Position numbers and translations under genes: made by a program
Part shown: one piece after another, positions 18,406 to 27,189 of the stretch
How the letters are laid out: every line of letters starts with the position of its first letter
Position numbering within the stretch: the stretch's first letter is position 1
Notes under the pieces: model-generated
Seen by the model: the letters and a program-made list of their open reading frames with translations, nothing else
Told to the model about the DNA's origin: nothing
Databases searched by the model: none
From: a bacterium
GTDB lineage: Bacteria > CLD3 > SB21
DNA: 64,000 bases
Direction: 5' to 3'
Assembly (NCBI GenBank): GCA_013360215.1
Contig: JABWCP010000002.1
Coordinates: forward strand, 177,816 to 241,815

Positions 18406-19293
18406 TTACTTCTTACGAACATAACGAAAATCATAGGTTACCTGCCAGCTTTTTCCATTATCATCGGAACGTTCAGCAAGTTGGCGTACCGTATCGGAAT
18501 CAATCCTAAAAAAACGCAATCTATTTTTCACTATTCCGCCATTCGCCAAAGCTGATTCTCCGTAAAAATCCATTACACCTTCGGAATATTGCCCATAAAA
18601 TTCAGAAACATTGCCATTGCTAGCGATCCATATCTGCCGCCATATTTTTTTCTGTTTATCATAAAAATTAATACTCTTTCCGGAACCTCCCAAAGAACCG
18701 GTCCAGTTTTCGAACAATAAACAACCTTCTGTTAATTTTTGAATCGTATTCGTACCAGCTTTTTGCCCGGCGATATTAAACACATCCCATTCACCGATCC
18801 AAAAATCAAATTGACGAAATAATGAATCATATTCGCAAGGTCTTGCAGCACGATCTAATGATAGGACTAAATCATCAAATCTCCGGGAATGGAGAGGTTT
18901 CAAATCGTTATCCTTGCGAACCTGCGTTGCGGTAAACCATCCGCTTTGCGTCGCTTTTTCAAGCCAGTACCACGCTGTATCTTTTTCACCGGATAGAGCA
19001 AATGTACAAGCGGCATTATACATACCTACCGGATCCTGAGCCATAGATAAGTATTGACGGTATGTCTGCGACGCGTTTTTGTAAGCCCCCTGTTGATAAT
19101 ACGACGTTGCGAGGCGATTCCAAAATTTTGCTTCTCCGGGTTGACTCTTGCACAACTGCAAATATAACTTTACGGAAGTTGCCCAGTCTGAGGCCTTATA
19201 AGCCGATTCCGCTTTTTCAAGAATATCCACTTGTGTTTGAGAAACTGCAAAATTGACGATTGGAATGATCAAAATTAAAATAAAAAAACGCAT
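18406..19293 (-). CDS. Secreted TPR protein with a conserved C-terminal beta domain (DUF1579-like)
   Basis: Signal peptide, TPRs (WNRLATSYYQQG, YNAACTFALSG) and the FDFWIGEWDV...GC.LFENW block. Confidence 0.72.
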   Translation of the reverse strand: MRFFILILIIPIVNFAVSQTQVDILEKAESAYKASDWATSVKLYLQLCKSQPGEAKFWNRLATSYYQQGAYKNASQTYRQYLSMAQDPVGMYNAACTFALSGEKDTAWYWLEKATQSGWFTATQVRKDNDLKPLHSRRFDDLVLSLDRAARPCEYDSLFRQFDFWIGEWDVFNIAGQKAGTNTIQKLTEGCLLFENWTGSLGGSGKSINFYDKQKKIWRQIWIASNGNVSEFYGQYSEGVMDFYGESALANGGIVKNRLRFFRIDSDTVRQLAERSDDNGKSWQVTYDFRYVRKK

Positions 19294-19378
19294 AAGCGCC
19301 TCCTGATGTATAAAATCAAAATACGTTTATGCGTTTGTAGATTAACTCACCAATAGTGGTGATTTTAACAAATTAAAA

Positions 19379-19906
19379 CTACTCTTCGATAACTAGCCGG
19401 TTATCAATTACAGCGGCGGATGTATGAGCGTCCACTAAAAACTCTGCACGTCGGCGTTCGGACTGGACCGTCACTTTGCCGGCTAAAATAACTGAATTAT
19501 TTTGCACAATCACATGTACCGGAAGGTCGGCAGCCAATACATACTTTCTGAACATGGCATCACGATAAATCGCACTTAACGCGCGCCCGGCCAATTCATC
19601 TGATCCATTAGAAACGGTGATTTCATTCGTAATTTCCTTTATACCAGGTACCTGCTCTACCGCTTTTTGGATTTTATCAGTTTTCCAATACCCGCTAACC
19701 CAACCGTTTAATATAACTACTCCTTCCGATACTTCGACGTTTACATAGTCACGTGCTCCGTACCATACGATACCTTGAATTTTATTTTCTACTGCATGCT
19801 TCAAAGCGGCATCATCCGGAGATTCAGAATTTTCAGTTTGACCCCACACGACACTTCCGGTTAAAAAAAACACAAACACCATTGCGATCCAGCGAATTTC
19901 TCTCAT
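19379..19906 (-). CDS. BON-domain protein (two BON domains, OsmY-like)
   Basis: Signal peptide; V.VSEGVV.L.G.V...V.G.K.I.NEI.V and V.VQNNSV.LAG.V...DNRL. Confidence 0.85.
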   Translation of the reverse strand: MREIRWIAMVFVFFLTGSVVWGQTENSESPDDAALKHAVENKIQGIVWYGARDYVNVEVSEGVVILNGWVSGYWKTDKIQKAVEQVPGIKEITNEITVSNGSDELAGRALSAIYRDAMFRKYVLAADLPVHVIVQNNSVILAGKVTVQSERRRAEFLVDAHTSAAVIDNRLVIEE

Positions 19907-19933
19907 AACGCGGCTCCTTTCGTCATTTTATTG

Positions 19934-19961
19934 TTAGACAGAGCAAGCGTTAAGAGGTTTA
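19934..19961 (-). promoter_or_regulatory. ECF (RpoE-like) promoter TAAACC-N16-GTCTAA upstream of the BON gene
   Basis: AAC/TCTAA elements at 16-nt spacing, typical of RpoE-class promoters. Confidence 0.4.
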
Positions 19962-19962
19962 A

Positions 19963-20682
19963 TCATTCCGCGGCCATTGCAGCGATTTCGCTCAAAGATA
20001 GGGCGCGGCTATAAATTCTGATATCATCCAGACGCCCTGCGAATGTATCTGCGTTAAGACCTGTACGTGTTCCAATCAAAAGCAGATTTTTATCGCTGGT
20101 CAATGCATTACTTTTTTGTAACGTATCAACCGGTGAACCATTAATATAAAAAATCATGGATTCGCCGTCATATGTACCAGCCAAATGCATCCAGGTTTGT
20201 AAAGGATACCCGCCGCTTTTGTATGTAAAATTTGTTCCAATGCGAAATCCACGATCGCCATTACCGGCAAGGTATAATTCAAATACAGGAACAGCTAAGC
20301 CGCCTCCTTTACGAACGACAATTTGGCTTTTCAGTGAATCCGTTCTCACCCATGCAGTTACGGTCAGTGAATCGTCAAATTGAAAATTAGAAGTATCATT
20401 GACACTGATAAAATCAGAGTTCCCATTAAAATACATCGCTTTTCCTACTTGGTCGTGACGATCATGTGCCGAAATTGCCCCCGAAACAACACCATCGCTA
20501 TGGGAACTACCGGCATCGTACGCGTTTCCATCTAATGGGTAATACGCCACAAGCCCCGGTTCGTTATTTACAGTATTATCATCTGTGTCTTTAGTGTTAT
20601 TGTCATCACACGATAACAGTCCTAATAACCCCATAATAAAAGAAAAAGCTACAACCCTTTTAATACAATGAAATCTTTTCAT
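19963..20682 (-). CDS. LamG-like jellyroll domain lipoprotein
   Basis: Lipobox GLLSC, LVAYYPLDGNA.D, TVTAWV, WMHLAGTYDG, FYING and G.LDDIRIYSRALS..EI. Confidence 0.88.
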   Translation of the reverse strand: MKRFHCIKRVVAFSFIMGLLGLLSCDDNNTKDTDDNTVNNEPGLVAYYPLDGNAYDAGSSHSDGVVSGAISAHDRHDQVGKAMYFNGNSDFISVNDTSNFQFDDSLTVTAWVRTDSLKSQIVVRKGGGLAVPVFELYLAGNGDRGFRIGTNFTYKSGGYPLQTWMHLAGTYDGESMIFYINGSPVDTLQKSNALTSDKNLLLIGTRTGLNADTFAGRLDDIRIYSRALSLSEIAAMAAE

Positions 20683-20779
20683 TTTTCCCTCATATTGTTT
20701 TGTTTATTTATACAAACAATATGGATGGTTATCGCGATCAGAGCACCTGCATTATGATGTAGTACGCATCAAAAAACAA

Positions 20780-20809
20780 AAAACCCGATACACTGAAGTA
20801 TCGGGTTTT
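20780..20809 (-). terminator. Rho-independent terminator after erpA
   Basis: AAAACCCGATAC-N6-GTATCGGGTTTT; the minus strand continues with a T-run. Confidence 0.8.
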
Positions 20810-20828
20810 ATATAAAACTACTGGAAAT

Positions 20829-21182
20829 CTATGCAGAAAATGAACTACCGCAGCCGCACGTTTTTTTGGCATTAGGGTTATTGAAAACAAAACCGCGTCC
20901 GTTTAACCCATCTTGAAAGTCAAGCGTGACGCCTTTGAGATATAACATACTCTTGTAATCAACGGCAACTTTGACTGCGCCGAATTCCAATATCGTATCG
21001 TTTTCAGAAATGGTTTCATCAAAAGCTAACGAATATTGAAAACCAGAGCAACCACCGCCTTGAACACCCATACGCAATGTATAATTTTCAGGAATACTTT
21101 GTTCGCGCATGATCGAACCGATTTCTTCAATAGCACGTTGTGTAATCACCACATCGTTAACGGCTTCCATAGTTTCTGTCAT
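20829..21182 (-). CDS. erpA: A-type Fe-S cluster carrier (ErpA/IscA/HesB family)
   Basis: GGGCSGFQY, G..LDF..GLNGRGF.F.NPNA..TCGCGSSFS. Confidence 0.93.
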   Translation of the reverse strand: MTETMEAVNDVVITQRAIEEIGSIMREQSIPENYTLRMGVQGGGCSGFQYSLAFDETISENDTILEFGAVKVAVDYKSMLYLKGVTLDFQDGLNGRGFVFNNPNAKKTCGCGSSFSA

Positions 21183-21238
21183 GATATTATCTCCTTAAAC
21201 CACTGTTTGATCTATAATTAGGTGTTTTCAATGAAACT

Positions 21239-21267
21239 AATGTAGAATAAAAAAATTCCCTTGTCAA
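21239..21267 (-). promoter_or_regulatory. sigma70-type promoter for erpA (TTGACA-N17-TACATT)
   Basis: Canonical -35 with 17-nt spacing. Confidence 0.6.
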
Positions 21268-21297
21268 GCATTTTCCTGACGTATATCATTGTTTCTC

Positions 21298-21326
21298 TTG
21301 ACTGGTTGACTGTATTATTCTATATT
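21298..21326 (+). promoter_or_regulatory. sigma70-type promoter for feoAB (TTGACT-N17-TATATT)
   Basis: 17-nt spacing; the same TATATT -10 occurs at the secD and tRNA-Glu promoters. Confidence 0.6.
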
Positions 21327-21327
21327 C

Positions 21328-21368
21328 ATTTCATTAAGATTGAGACGCAGTCTCAATCTTAATGAAAT
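21328..21368. promoter_or_regulatory. Perfect palindrome (19-bp arms, 3-nt centre) over the predicted feoAB transcription start; Fur-family-like operator core TTGAGA-N5-TCTCAA
   Basis: ATTTCATTAAGATTGAGAC-GCA-GTCTCAATCTTAATGAAAT. Confidence 0.7.
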
Positions 21369-21640
21369 TGTTAAACTTTAAAGAAATTTTAGCTATGACG
21401 TCGAACAAATTGAAAACTGTAGCACAACTCGGATGCGGCGAATGTGCTGTTATTTGTAAAATCAGCGGCGAACATCTTGAAAACGATAACACATGTATAC
21501 GTTTGATGGAAATGGGATTTACGCCGGGACAAGAAGTCAAAGTTATCGCCAAGTCCCCTTTTCGATGCCCTATGGCGGTTTCTGTTCGGGGTACAGTAAT
21601 AGCGCTTCGTAAAAATGAAGCGGAATGCATTCATATATGA
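21362..21640 (+). CDS. feoA: Ferrous iron transport protein A
   Basis: RLMEMGFTPGQEVKV..KSPF..P..V.VRG..IALRK.EA..I. The start may be ATG 21395. Confidence 0.92.
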   Translation: MKLLNFKEILAMTSNKLKTVAQLGCGECAVICKISGEHLENDNTCIRLMEMGFTPGQEVKVIAKSPFRCPMAVSVRGTVIALRKNEAECIHI

Positions 21641-23685
21641 CGGATTCGGGTTTGCCATCGGATTGTCATACGCCATCTTCGAACTCTGTTGCGGGTACCA
21701 GCAGCAACACTAGCTTTCGCATCACACTTATCGGCCAACCTAACTCCGGTAAAACCACTTTATTTAATATCCTTACCGGCTCACATTTTAAAACTTCTAA
21801 TTATCCGGGTACGACGGTCGAATTTCTTGTTGGTCGTATGCACGAACGTTTTAAATGCGACGCCCAAGTTATTGATTCGCCCGGTATCAACAGTTTAACT
21901 CCGCAGTCGTTGGACGAAAAAGTTTCTGTCGACTCGTTATTTTTAGATCCCAATTACCGACATCCTGATCTTGTCCTTGTTACAGCGGACGCCACTCAGC
22001 TCTCCCGCCAACTTTATCTGGTTAAGCAACTTATTGATGCAGGTTTTCCGGTCATTGTCGCTCTTACGATGAATGATTTACTCCAAAAACGCGGTTTTTC
22101 GGTAGATACAACTTTGCTATCGGAACGACTCGGAACTCCTGTCGTAAAAACGTACGGGCATACGGAAAACGGCGTGGCTGAATTAGCTGAAGCCATACGT
22201 GGTTTTTTAGCAGTCACGCAAAAATACATATTACCTCCTATCCCCAGGCTCCAATCGGAATCAGCGGTAATGGAATTGTACCGAATAACTGAATCCATAG
22301 AGAAAGAGGTAATACGCCCCTTTTCTGTCAAGCCCGACATCCACGCTATCAATCATGCTGTATTTAATACGCGTACCATCGAACCGGATGAAACATCTTT
22401 AAAACTGGACAGAATTTTTCTACACCCGATTTGGGGTATGTTCTTTTTTGTTTTTTTTATGGCGCTTATTTTTACGTCCGTTTTTTGGTTGGCCCAACCG
22501 ATGATGGATGTGATTTCAGAGGGATTTGATGCACTAGCCAATCTCTCAAAATCTTGGCTCCCATCATCGCATTGGTTTGGTAACCTCATCGCTGATGGTT
22601 TAATCGCCGGTATGGGTACCGTGATGACCTTTGTTCCTCAAATTGTAATTCTTTTTTTACTCATGGGGATGCTTGAGGATTCCGGTTACCTATCTCGCGG
22701 CGCCATGCTCATTGACAAACCGCTATCCAAGATCGGACTCAACGGTCGTTCGTTTGTTCCGATGCTTTCGGGCTTTGCTTGCGCGATACCGGCGACTATG
22801 GCCGCCCGTACTATCCCCAATCAGCGGGAACGATTGCTTACGATTTTTATAATACCGCTGATGACATGCAGTGCGCGATTACCGGTGTACGCATTGCTTT
22901 TAGGTTTTCTGATGCCTCCGGATCGTCCTTGGCTGAGCGGATTGATTCTAGCCGGCATTTATTTTGTAAGTCTTATCAATGGTGCACTCGTAGCGGGTAT
23001 TGTCAGTCGTTTTATTAAAGAAAAAACACCGTCCGGTTTTATGCTTGAATTGCCGGCTTACCGCAAACCTATACTACGATTTATACTGCGTAATACATTT
23101 CAGCGTTCAGTTTCATACATCCAAAACGCCGGTACGACGATCATATTATGCTCGATCATCATCTGGGGGCTTACCTATTTTCCCAATGCAAACCCGGAAA
23201 TCACCGACGAAGCCAAAGCTTCCGGAAATGTCGAACAATGGATCGCCGGAGAACGCACTAGCTCCTCGTATGCTGCGATGGTTGGTCGATGGATCGAACC
23301 CGCATTAATACCACTTGGCTGGGATTGGCGTGTCGGCGTGGGCATGATTTCCGCTTTTGCTGCACGTGAAGTTTTCGTCAGTGCGACGGCCCTGACATTT
23401 CACATTGCGGAAGATGATGAAGATAATATGCAGCAGTCATTGATTAATTCTATGAGAACCGCCCGGCACGAGCAGACGGGTAAACCCGTATTTACGGTTT
23501 CTTCGGTCGTGGCCATTGTAATATTTTTTATGTTTGCATTACAATGTACATCTACGCTCGCCGTTGTGCGCAAAGAAACAGGTTCGTGGAAAATGCCTTT
23601 GATCCAACAAGTAGCATTTACATCTATCGGTTATGGATTAGGATGGCTGGCGGTTGTATTGCTTAACGCCGTGGGAATCGCTTAA
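21637..23685 (+). CDS. feoB: Ferrous iron transport protein B
   Basis: G1 GQPNSGKT, G2 NYPGTTVE, G3 DSPG, G4 TMND, GFACAIPA, gate and C-terminal helices. ATG 21637 overlaps the feoA TGA. Confidence 0.96.
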   Translation: MTDSGLPSDCHTPSSNSVAGTSSNTSFRITLIGQPNSGKTTLFNILTGSHFKTSNYPGTTVEFLVGRMHERFKCDAQVIDSPGINSLTPQSLDEKVSVDSLFLDPNYRHPDLVLVTADATQLSRQLYLVKQLIDAGFPVIVALTMNDLLQKRGFSVDTTLLSERLGTPVVKTYGHTENGVAELAEAIRGFLAVTQKYILPPIPRLQSESAVMELYRITESIEKEVIRPFSVKPDIHAINHAVFNTRTIEPDETSLKLDRIFLHPIWGMFFFVFFMALIFTSVFWLAQPMMDVISEGFDALANLSKSWLPSSHWFGNLIADGLIAGMGTVMTFVPQIVILFLLMGMLEDSGYLSRGAMLIDKPLSKIGLNGRSFVPMLSGFACAIPATMAARTIPNQRERLLTIFIIPLMTCSARLPVYALLLGFLMPPDRPWLSGLILAGIYFVSLINGALVAGIVSRFIKEKTPSGFMLELPAYRKPILRFILRNTFQRSVSYIQNAGTTIILCSIIIWGLTYFPNANPEITDEAKASGNVEQWIAGERTSSSYAAMVGRWIEPALIPLGWDWRVGVGMISAFAAREVFVSATALTFHIAEDDEDNMQQSLINSMRTARHEQTGKPVFTVSSVVAIVIFFMFALQCTSTLAVVRKETGSWKMPLIQQVAFTSIGYGLGWLAVVLLNAVGIA

Positions 23686-23691
23686 AAACGA

Positions 23692-23880
23692 TTACTCATT
23701 AACTTCAAATCGTGTCTGACCGGTCGCCAGCATTCGTCGAATATAGGGATGACATAATTTACAACGTACGCCGACTAAAACCCGCTCTTGTAATTCTTCC
23801 AATGTCTTACAGCGATATGCTGCAGCTACTTTTTTGAGCTCTTCAAATTCTTTATCAAAACAAACGCAACGTGTGATCAT
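23692..23880 (-). CDS. Bfd-like [2Fe-2S] ferredoxin
   Basis: 62 aa with C-x-C...C-x2-C (RCVCF...RCKLCHPY). ATGA overlap with the pduO-type gene. Confidence 0.78.
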   Translation of the reverse strand: MITRCVCFDKEFEELKKVAAAYRCKTLEELQERVLVGVRCKLCHPYIRRMLATGQTRFEVNE

Positions 23881-24431
23881 TCGTCAACCGGCTTTTTCCA
23901 CACGGTATCCGCAATGCCTGCCTTCGCATTTTCCCAGCGCGCCAAAACAAATAAAAGGTCGGAAAGCCGATTAAGATATGTCAATACATGTTCATTGATC
24001 GTCTCCTCCTTCGACAGTTTTACTGTCAATCGTTCGGTCCTGCGGCAAACATTTCGCGCCAAATGGAGGTATGACGAGGCCCGTGTGCCTCCAGGTAGAA
24101 TAAAATTCGTCAGCTCCGGTAACCGCGCATCAAAACTATCAATCCGTTTTTCGATTTGCAGGGTATTTTCGGCTTTTATCCTAACAATGTATTCACTTTT
24201 AACGTCCATCGGGGTTGCCAAATCTGCTCCCAGAATAAATAATTCGTTTTGTATCGCCGCATATACCGTATCCAATTCGTCATCTTCACTATGGCATCGC
24301 ACTAGACCCATGACGCTGTTTAGTTCGTCAACGGTACCATACGATTCGATTCGAGTAGCATCTTTTTGAACGCGTCCGGCACCAAATAAACCCGTCGTGC
24401 CATCGTCGCCCGTTTTCGTGTAGATTTTCAT
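23877..24431 (-). CDS. pduO: PduO-type ATP:cob(I)alamin adenosyltransferase
   Basis: MKIYTKTGDDGTT.L, YGTVDELNS, IQNELF.LGADLA, FILPGG, R.VCRRTER and YLNRLSDLLF..ARW.N. Confidence 0.95.
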   Translation of the reverse strand: MKIYTKTGDDGTTGLFGAGRVQKDATRIESYGTVDELNSVMGLVRCHSEDDELDTVYAAIQNELFILGADLATPMDVKSEYIVRIKAENTLQIEKRIDSFDARLPELTNFILPGGTRASSYLHLARNVCRRTERLTVKLSKEETINEHVLTYLNRLSDLLFVLARWENAKAGIADTVWKKPVDE

Positions 24432-24436
24432 AGATT

Positions 24437-25432
24437 TTATGGTAGTAAAATTGAACTTGGTGTTATACCTACCGGATATCGTTTGCGAATAGTTCCGTCT
24501 TTACGAATCCAATATACGTAACCATTGCGCAAAAAATCTTGCGCATCGGCTGCTAATACGTCTTCACCTAACGGCACTCCAACGAAATAACTACCCGCTA
24601 AAGTGGTTTTGATATCGGCTCTCATATCGTATCGTACAATGGCGTTGTTGCTTCGCGTGTTATAAACCAAAACAGAATCATGCATACGAACAAAAGTAGG
24701 ATTGATACCGGAGACTATTTCAGAAGTAATCATTTTAGTCAAGGGGTCCCATTCTACTATTTTACCAGCGCTAGAATTTTTACCGGTATAAGCGATATAA
24801 ACCTTACCGGCAGGATTATTAGCCCATACGGAAACGGCCAGTGAACCGATAGCATACGCATTGACGTCCGACATAGTTATGTCAATCAAACTGATCACAC
24901 TATCTTTTGATAATACTCCATCCGGCGATCGGCTATTGGATACGATCAAAAATCCGTTGAGCGCTGTTATTTCATCCGGTCTATGGCTGAGTTTATAACG
25001 GTGCGTTTCCGTATAATCGGCGGCATCATACGCTATAACCAAACTGTCAAAATACGAGGTCACATACACATTATTCTGGTACAGAACGCCATTACGCGGG
25101 CTTTCGATGCCAGTAATCGTGTGCATGGCTTTAAGTGTTCTGCGGTGCAGGATACTGATTTTATCGGAGCCCGTCATCATCAGCCAAGCTGTGGAATCAG
25201 TAAAAACCGCGCTGTGAACGGCGCTTCCGTTCAGATAAGAACCTGTGGCGTTTGAAAAAGTTGTATCTTCATACAGTGTGTCAAGCAACGTAATGGAAGC
25301 ATTGTTAGCCCCATAATTACCTTCATTGATAATCCATACACTCGACAAACCGCTCGGTATGGCCGAAAAGGAATCATCGCTCTCATTACAACTCATAGAA
25401 AAAAAAATCCCCACGGCGAAAATGTATAACAT
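24437..25432 (-). CDS. YncE/DUF5074-like beta-propeller lipoprotein (BtuG-like), copy 2
   Basis: Lipobox FSMSC; VWIINEGNYG.NNASIT, IESPRN and terminal V.ITPSSI, all resembling copy 1. The start is probably 25432 or TTG 25471, because the track's 25585 overlaps the upstream gene. Confidence 0.72.
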   Translation of the reverse strand: MLYIFAVGIFFSMSCNESDDSFSAIPSGLSSVWIINEGNYGANNASITLLDTLYEDTTFSNATGSYLNGSAVHSAVFTDSTAWLMMTGSDKISILHRRTLKAMHTITGIESPRNGVLYQNNVYVTSYFDSLVIAYDAADYTETHRYKLSHRPDEITALNGFLIVSNSRSPDGVLSKDSVISLIDITMSDVNAYAIGSLAVSVWANNPAGKVYIAYTGKNSSAGKIVEWDPLTKMITSEIVSGINPTFVRMHDSVLVYNTRSNNAIVRYDMRADIKTTLAGSYFVGVPLGEDVLAADAQDFLRNGYVYWIRKDGTIRKRYPVGITPSSILLP

Positions 25433-25475
25433 CAATTTCAACCGTGAGGTGTAAAAAAATAAAGCGCTCAAATTA

Positions 25476-26033
25476 TTATCCGTGAATAGGCGCTGATTGG
25501 CGACTGAGCTTTGTAACGATAAAATGAACTGCTTCATATAGTCCGACAAATACCACGATAAAAAACATATCCCCGGCCAATGCATTTTTGAAAAAAGGAA
25601 TCGCCATAATATAGCTTTGCATCAAGCCGGATATATCTTTGGTATATTCCGGAATTACAAGCCACGCTGCAAAATTGGTTGTCAGATAAAAAAGTACCGA
25701 TGAGGCTAAGGTACCACCGCCTACGGCCATGGCAAACTGTTTCTTGTTTTCATAGACATTACGAACTCGGGTTCCAATCCATGAGCTGACTAATATCGAA
25801 GCATAAACAACCGGTGAAGTCCAATCCATTCCGAGAAAAAGGTCGGCTACGATCATTGACGCTAACGGTAATCCGTACGCCAACGAGCGATTCAAATAGA
25901 TCCCACCAAAAATCGCCATCGCAGTTACCGGAACAAAGTTCCAAGGATGCGGCATAAGGCGATACCCTACAATTAACAAAACCGTCACCAGTGTAGGAAC
26001 AAACCTCAGCATGTTTGACGTGCGCATTGTCAT
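25476..26033 (-). CDS. DUF6580-like membrane protein, putative solitary ECF S-component for cobalamin
   Basis: About 185 aa with roughly 6 hydrophobic helices; RLMPHPWNFVPVTAMAIFGG, LFYLTTNF.AW and Y..AIPFF.N.LAGD.FF motifs. Confidence 0.72.
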   Translation of the reverse strand: MTMRTSNMLRFVPTLVTVLLIVGYRLMPHPWNFVPVTAMAIFGGIYLNRSLAYGLPLASMIVADLFLGMDWTSPVVYASILVSSWIGTRVRNVYENKKQFAMAVGGGTLASSVLFYLTTNFAAWLVIPEYTKDISGLMQSYIMAIPFFKNALAGDMFFIVVFVGLYEAVHFIVTKLSRQSAPIHG

Positions 26034-26131
26034 AATGATTACCTTTTTATTATACGTTATATATGATTTAATGATAAATTTTTTATTCACTGCAGACGTG
26101 TCAATATAGTTTGCCTTGGATAATTTTGCAA

Positions 26132-27172
26132 TCACTTATTCTTGTTGTAAAATACCATCCCTGACGGAAAATCACCAACGGTAAAGCTATGCTTCACTTG
26201 ACCGTCTTGATCAAATATTTCAAATTTACCCGGTACTAACGATGCGTCGGTTGCATATACGTCGGAATCCACGTCGGGATTTAAAACAACGTTGTAAAAG
26301 GAACCTTTGATACTATCCATAATGGCCCAATTGCTGGTATTAAATTTTTGTATGTCGCCATAGAATCCACTTATAAAGTAACCTATGTTTTCATTCACAG
26401 CGATGCGCCCCGGATAAAAGGATTTCGCACCTGTAGAGCTAGGCAAATTCACCAATGAATCCACCATTGTTTGGGTATTTAGATCAACAACGTAAATACC
26501 ACCTGGTACAGGTATTTCTGCATATTGATTTCCTTCGCATGCGATAAAAAGTTTATTATCCCCGGATGACTTGCTAAATGCTCGCGGACCATAACCGACA
26601 CGAATGATTTTGGTAATCGATTTTGACACTGTATTGTAGATTTTCACCGTATTATCATTGCCGTAACCGTAATTAGCGACATAAAGATCATTGCCGTCGA
26701 GAAACAAAGCTTCCGGCGCTGTGCCTATCGCAATCGAATCCGTCACTTTTTTTTGTGTTAAATCCAGCGTTTTGAGTTTTCCGTCCCACGCCGTCAGATA
26801 AACTTTGTCTTCATCACCTTTGACAAACATACGCGGCTGTAGCGTACCTATAGTTGATAAAAGCGTAAAATCTTTCAACCGAACAAAACAAATTTTATTC
26901 GAATTATTAATGGAAATAACAGCCATCGTATCAAGTATCAGCATATCCTGTACAATATCGCCGGCGGATTTGCCATTGGCACTCAAGTAAAGATTATTGA
27001 TCACATCCGCACTATCAGGGCGATAAAGAGTAACGTCACCATTTCCAGCGCCAAATGAACCCTCATTTAAAATAAATATACCCTCTGTAATGATCCCGGA
27101 CTTAGGGTCAGAAATTTTTTCTTCGCACGATAATACTATCGTGAAACTTATAACAAACCATAAGTAGCGCAT
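26132..27172 (-). CDS. YncE/DUF5074-like beta-propeller lipoprotein (BtuG-like), copy 1
   Basis: Lipobox IVLSC; IFILNEGSFG.GNG.VT, GDIVQDM, QPR, LYVANYG and VGDFPSG. Directly downstream of btuB. Confidence 0.8.
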   Translation of the reverse strand: MRYLWFVISFTIVLSCEEKISDPKSGIITEGIFILNEGSFGAGNGDVTLYRPDSADVINNLYLSANGKSAGDIVQDMLILDTMAVISINNSNKICFVRLKDFTLLSTIGTLQPRMFVKGDEDKVYLTAWDGKLKTLDLTQKKVTDSIAIGTAPEALFLDGNDLYVANYGYGNDNTVKIYNTVSKSITKIIRVGYGPRAFSKSSGDNKLFIACEGNQYAEIPVPGGIYVVDLNTQTMVDSLVNLPSSTGAKSFYPGRIAVNENIGYFISGFYGDIQKFNTSNWAIMDSIKGSFYNVVLNPDVDSDVYATDASLVPGKFEIFDQDGQVKHSFTVGDFPSGMVFYNKNK

Positions 27173-27189
27173 GCTTTTTCTCCAATATG

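Noticed and set aside
24437-26135. ORF-track starts at 25585 and 26135 implying long gene overlaps (also 14556, 41226, 41636, 50464, 59077)
   Set aside because: Downstream ATGs give proper signal peptides, SD sites or stop-start coupling, so the extensions are treated as artefacts and not as overlapping genes.
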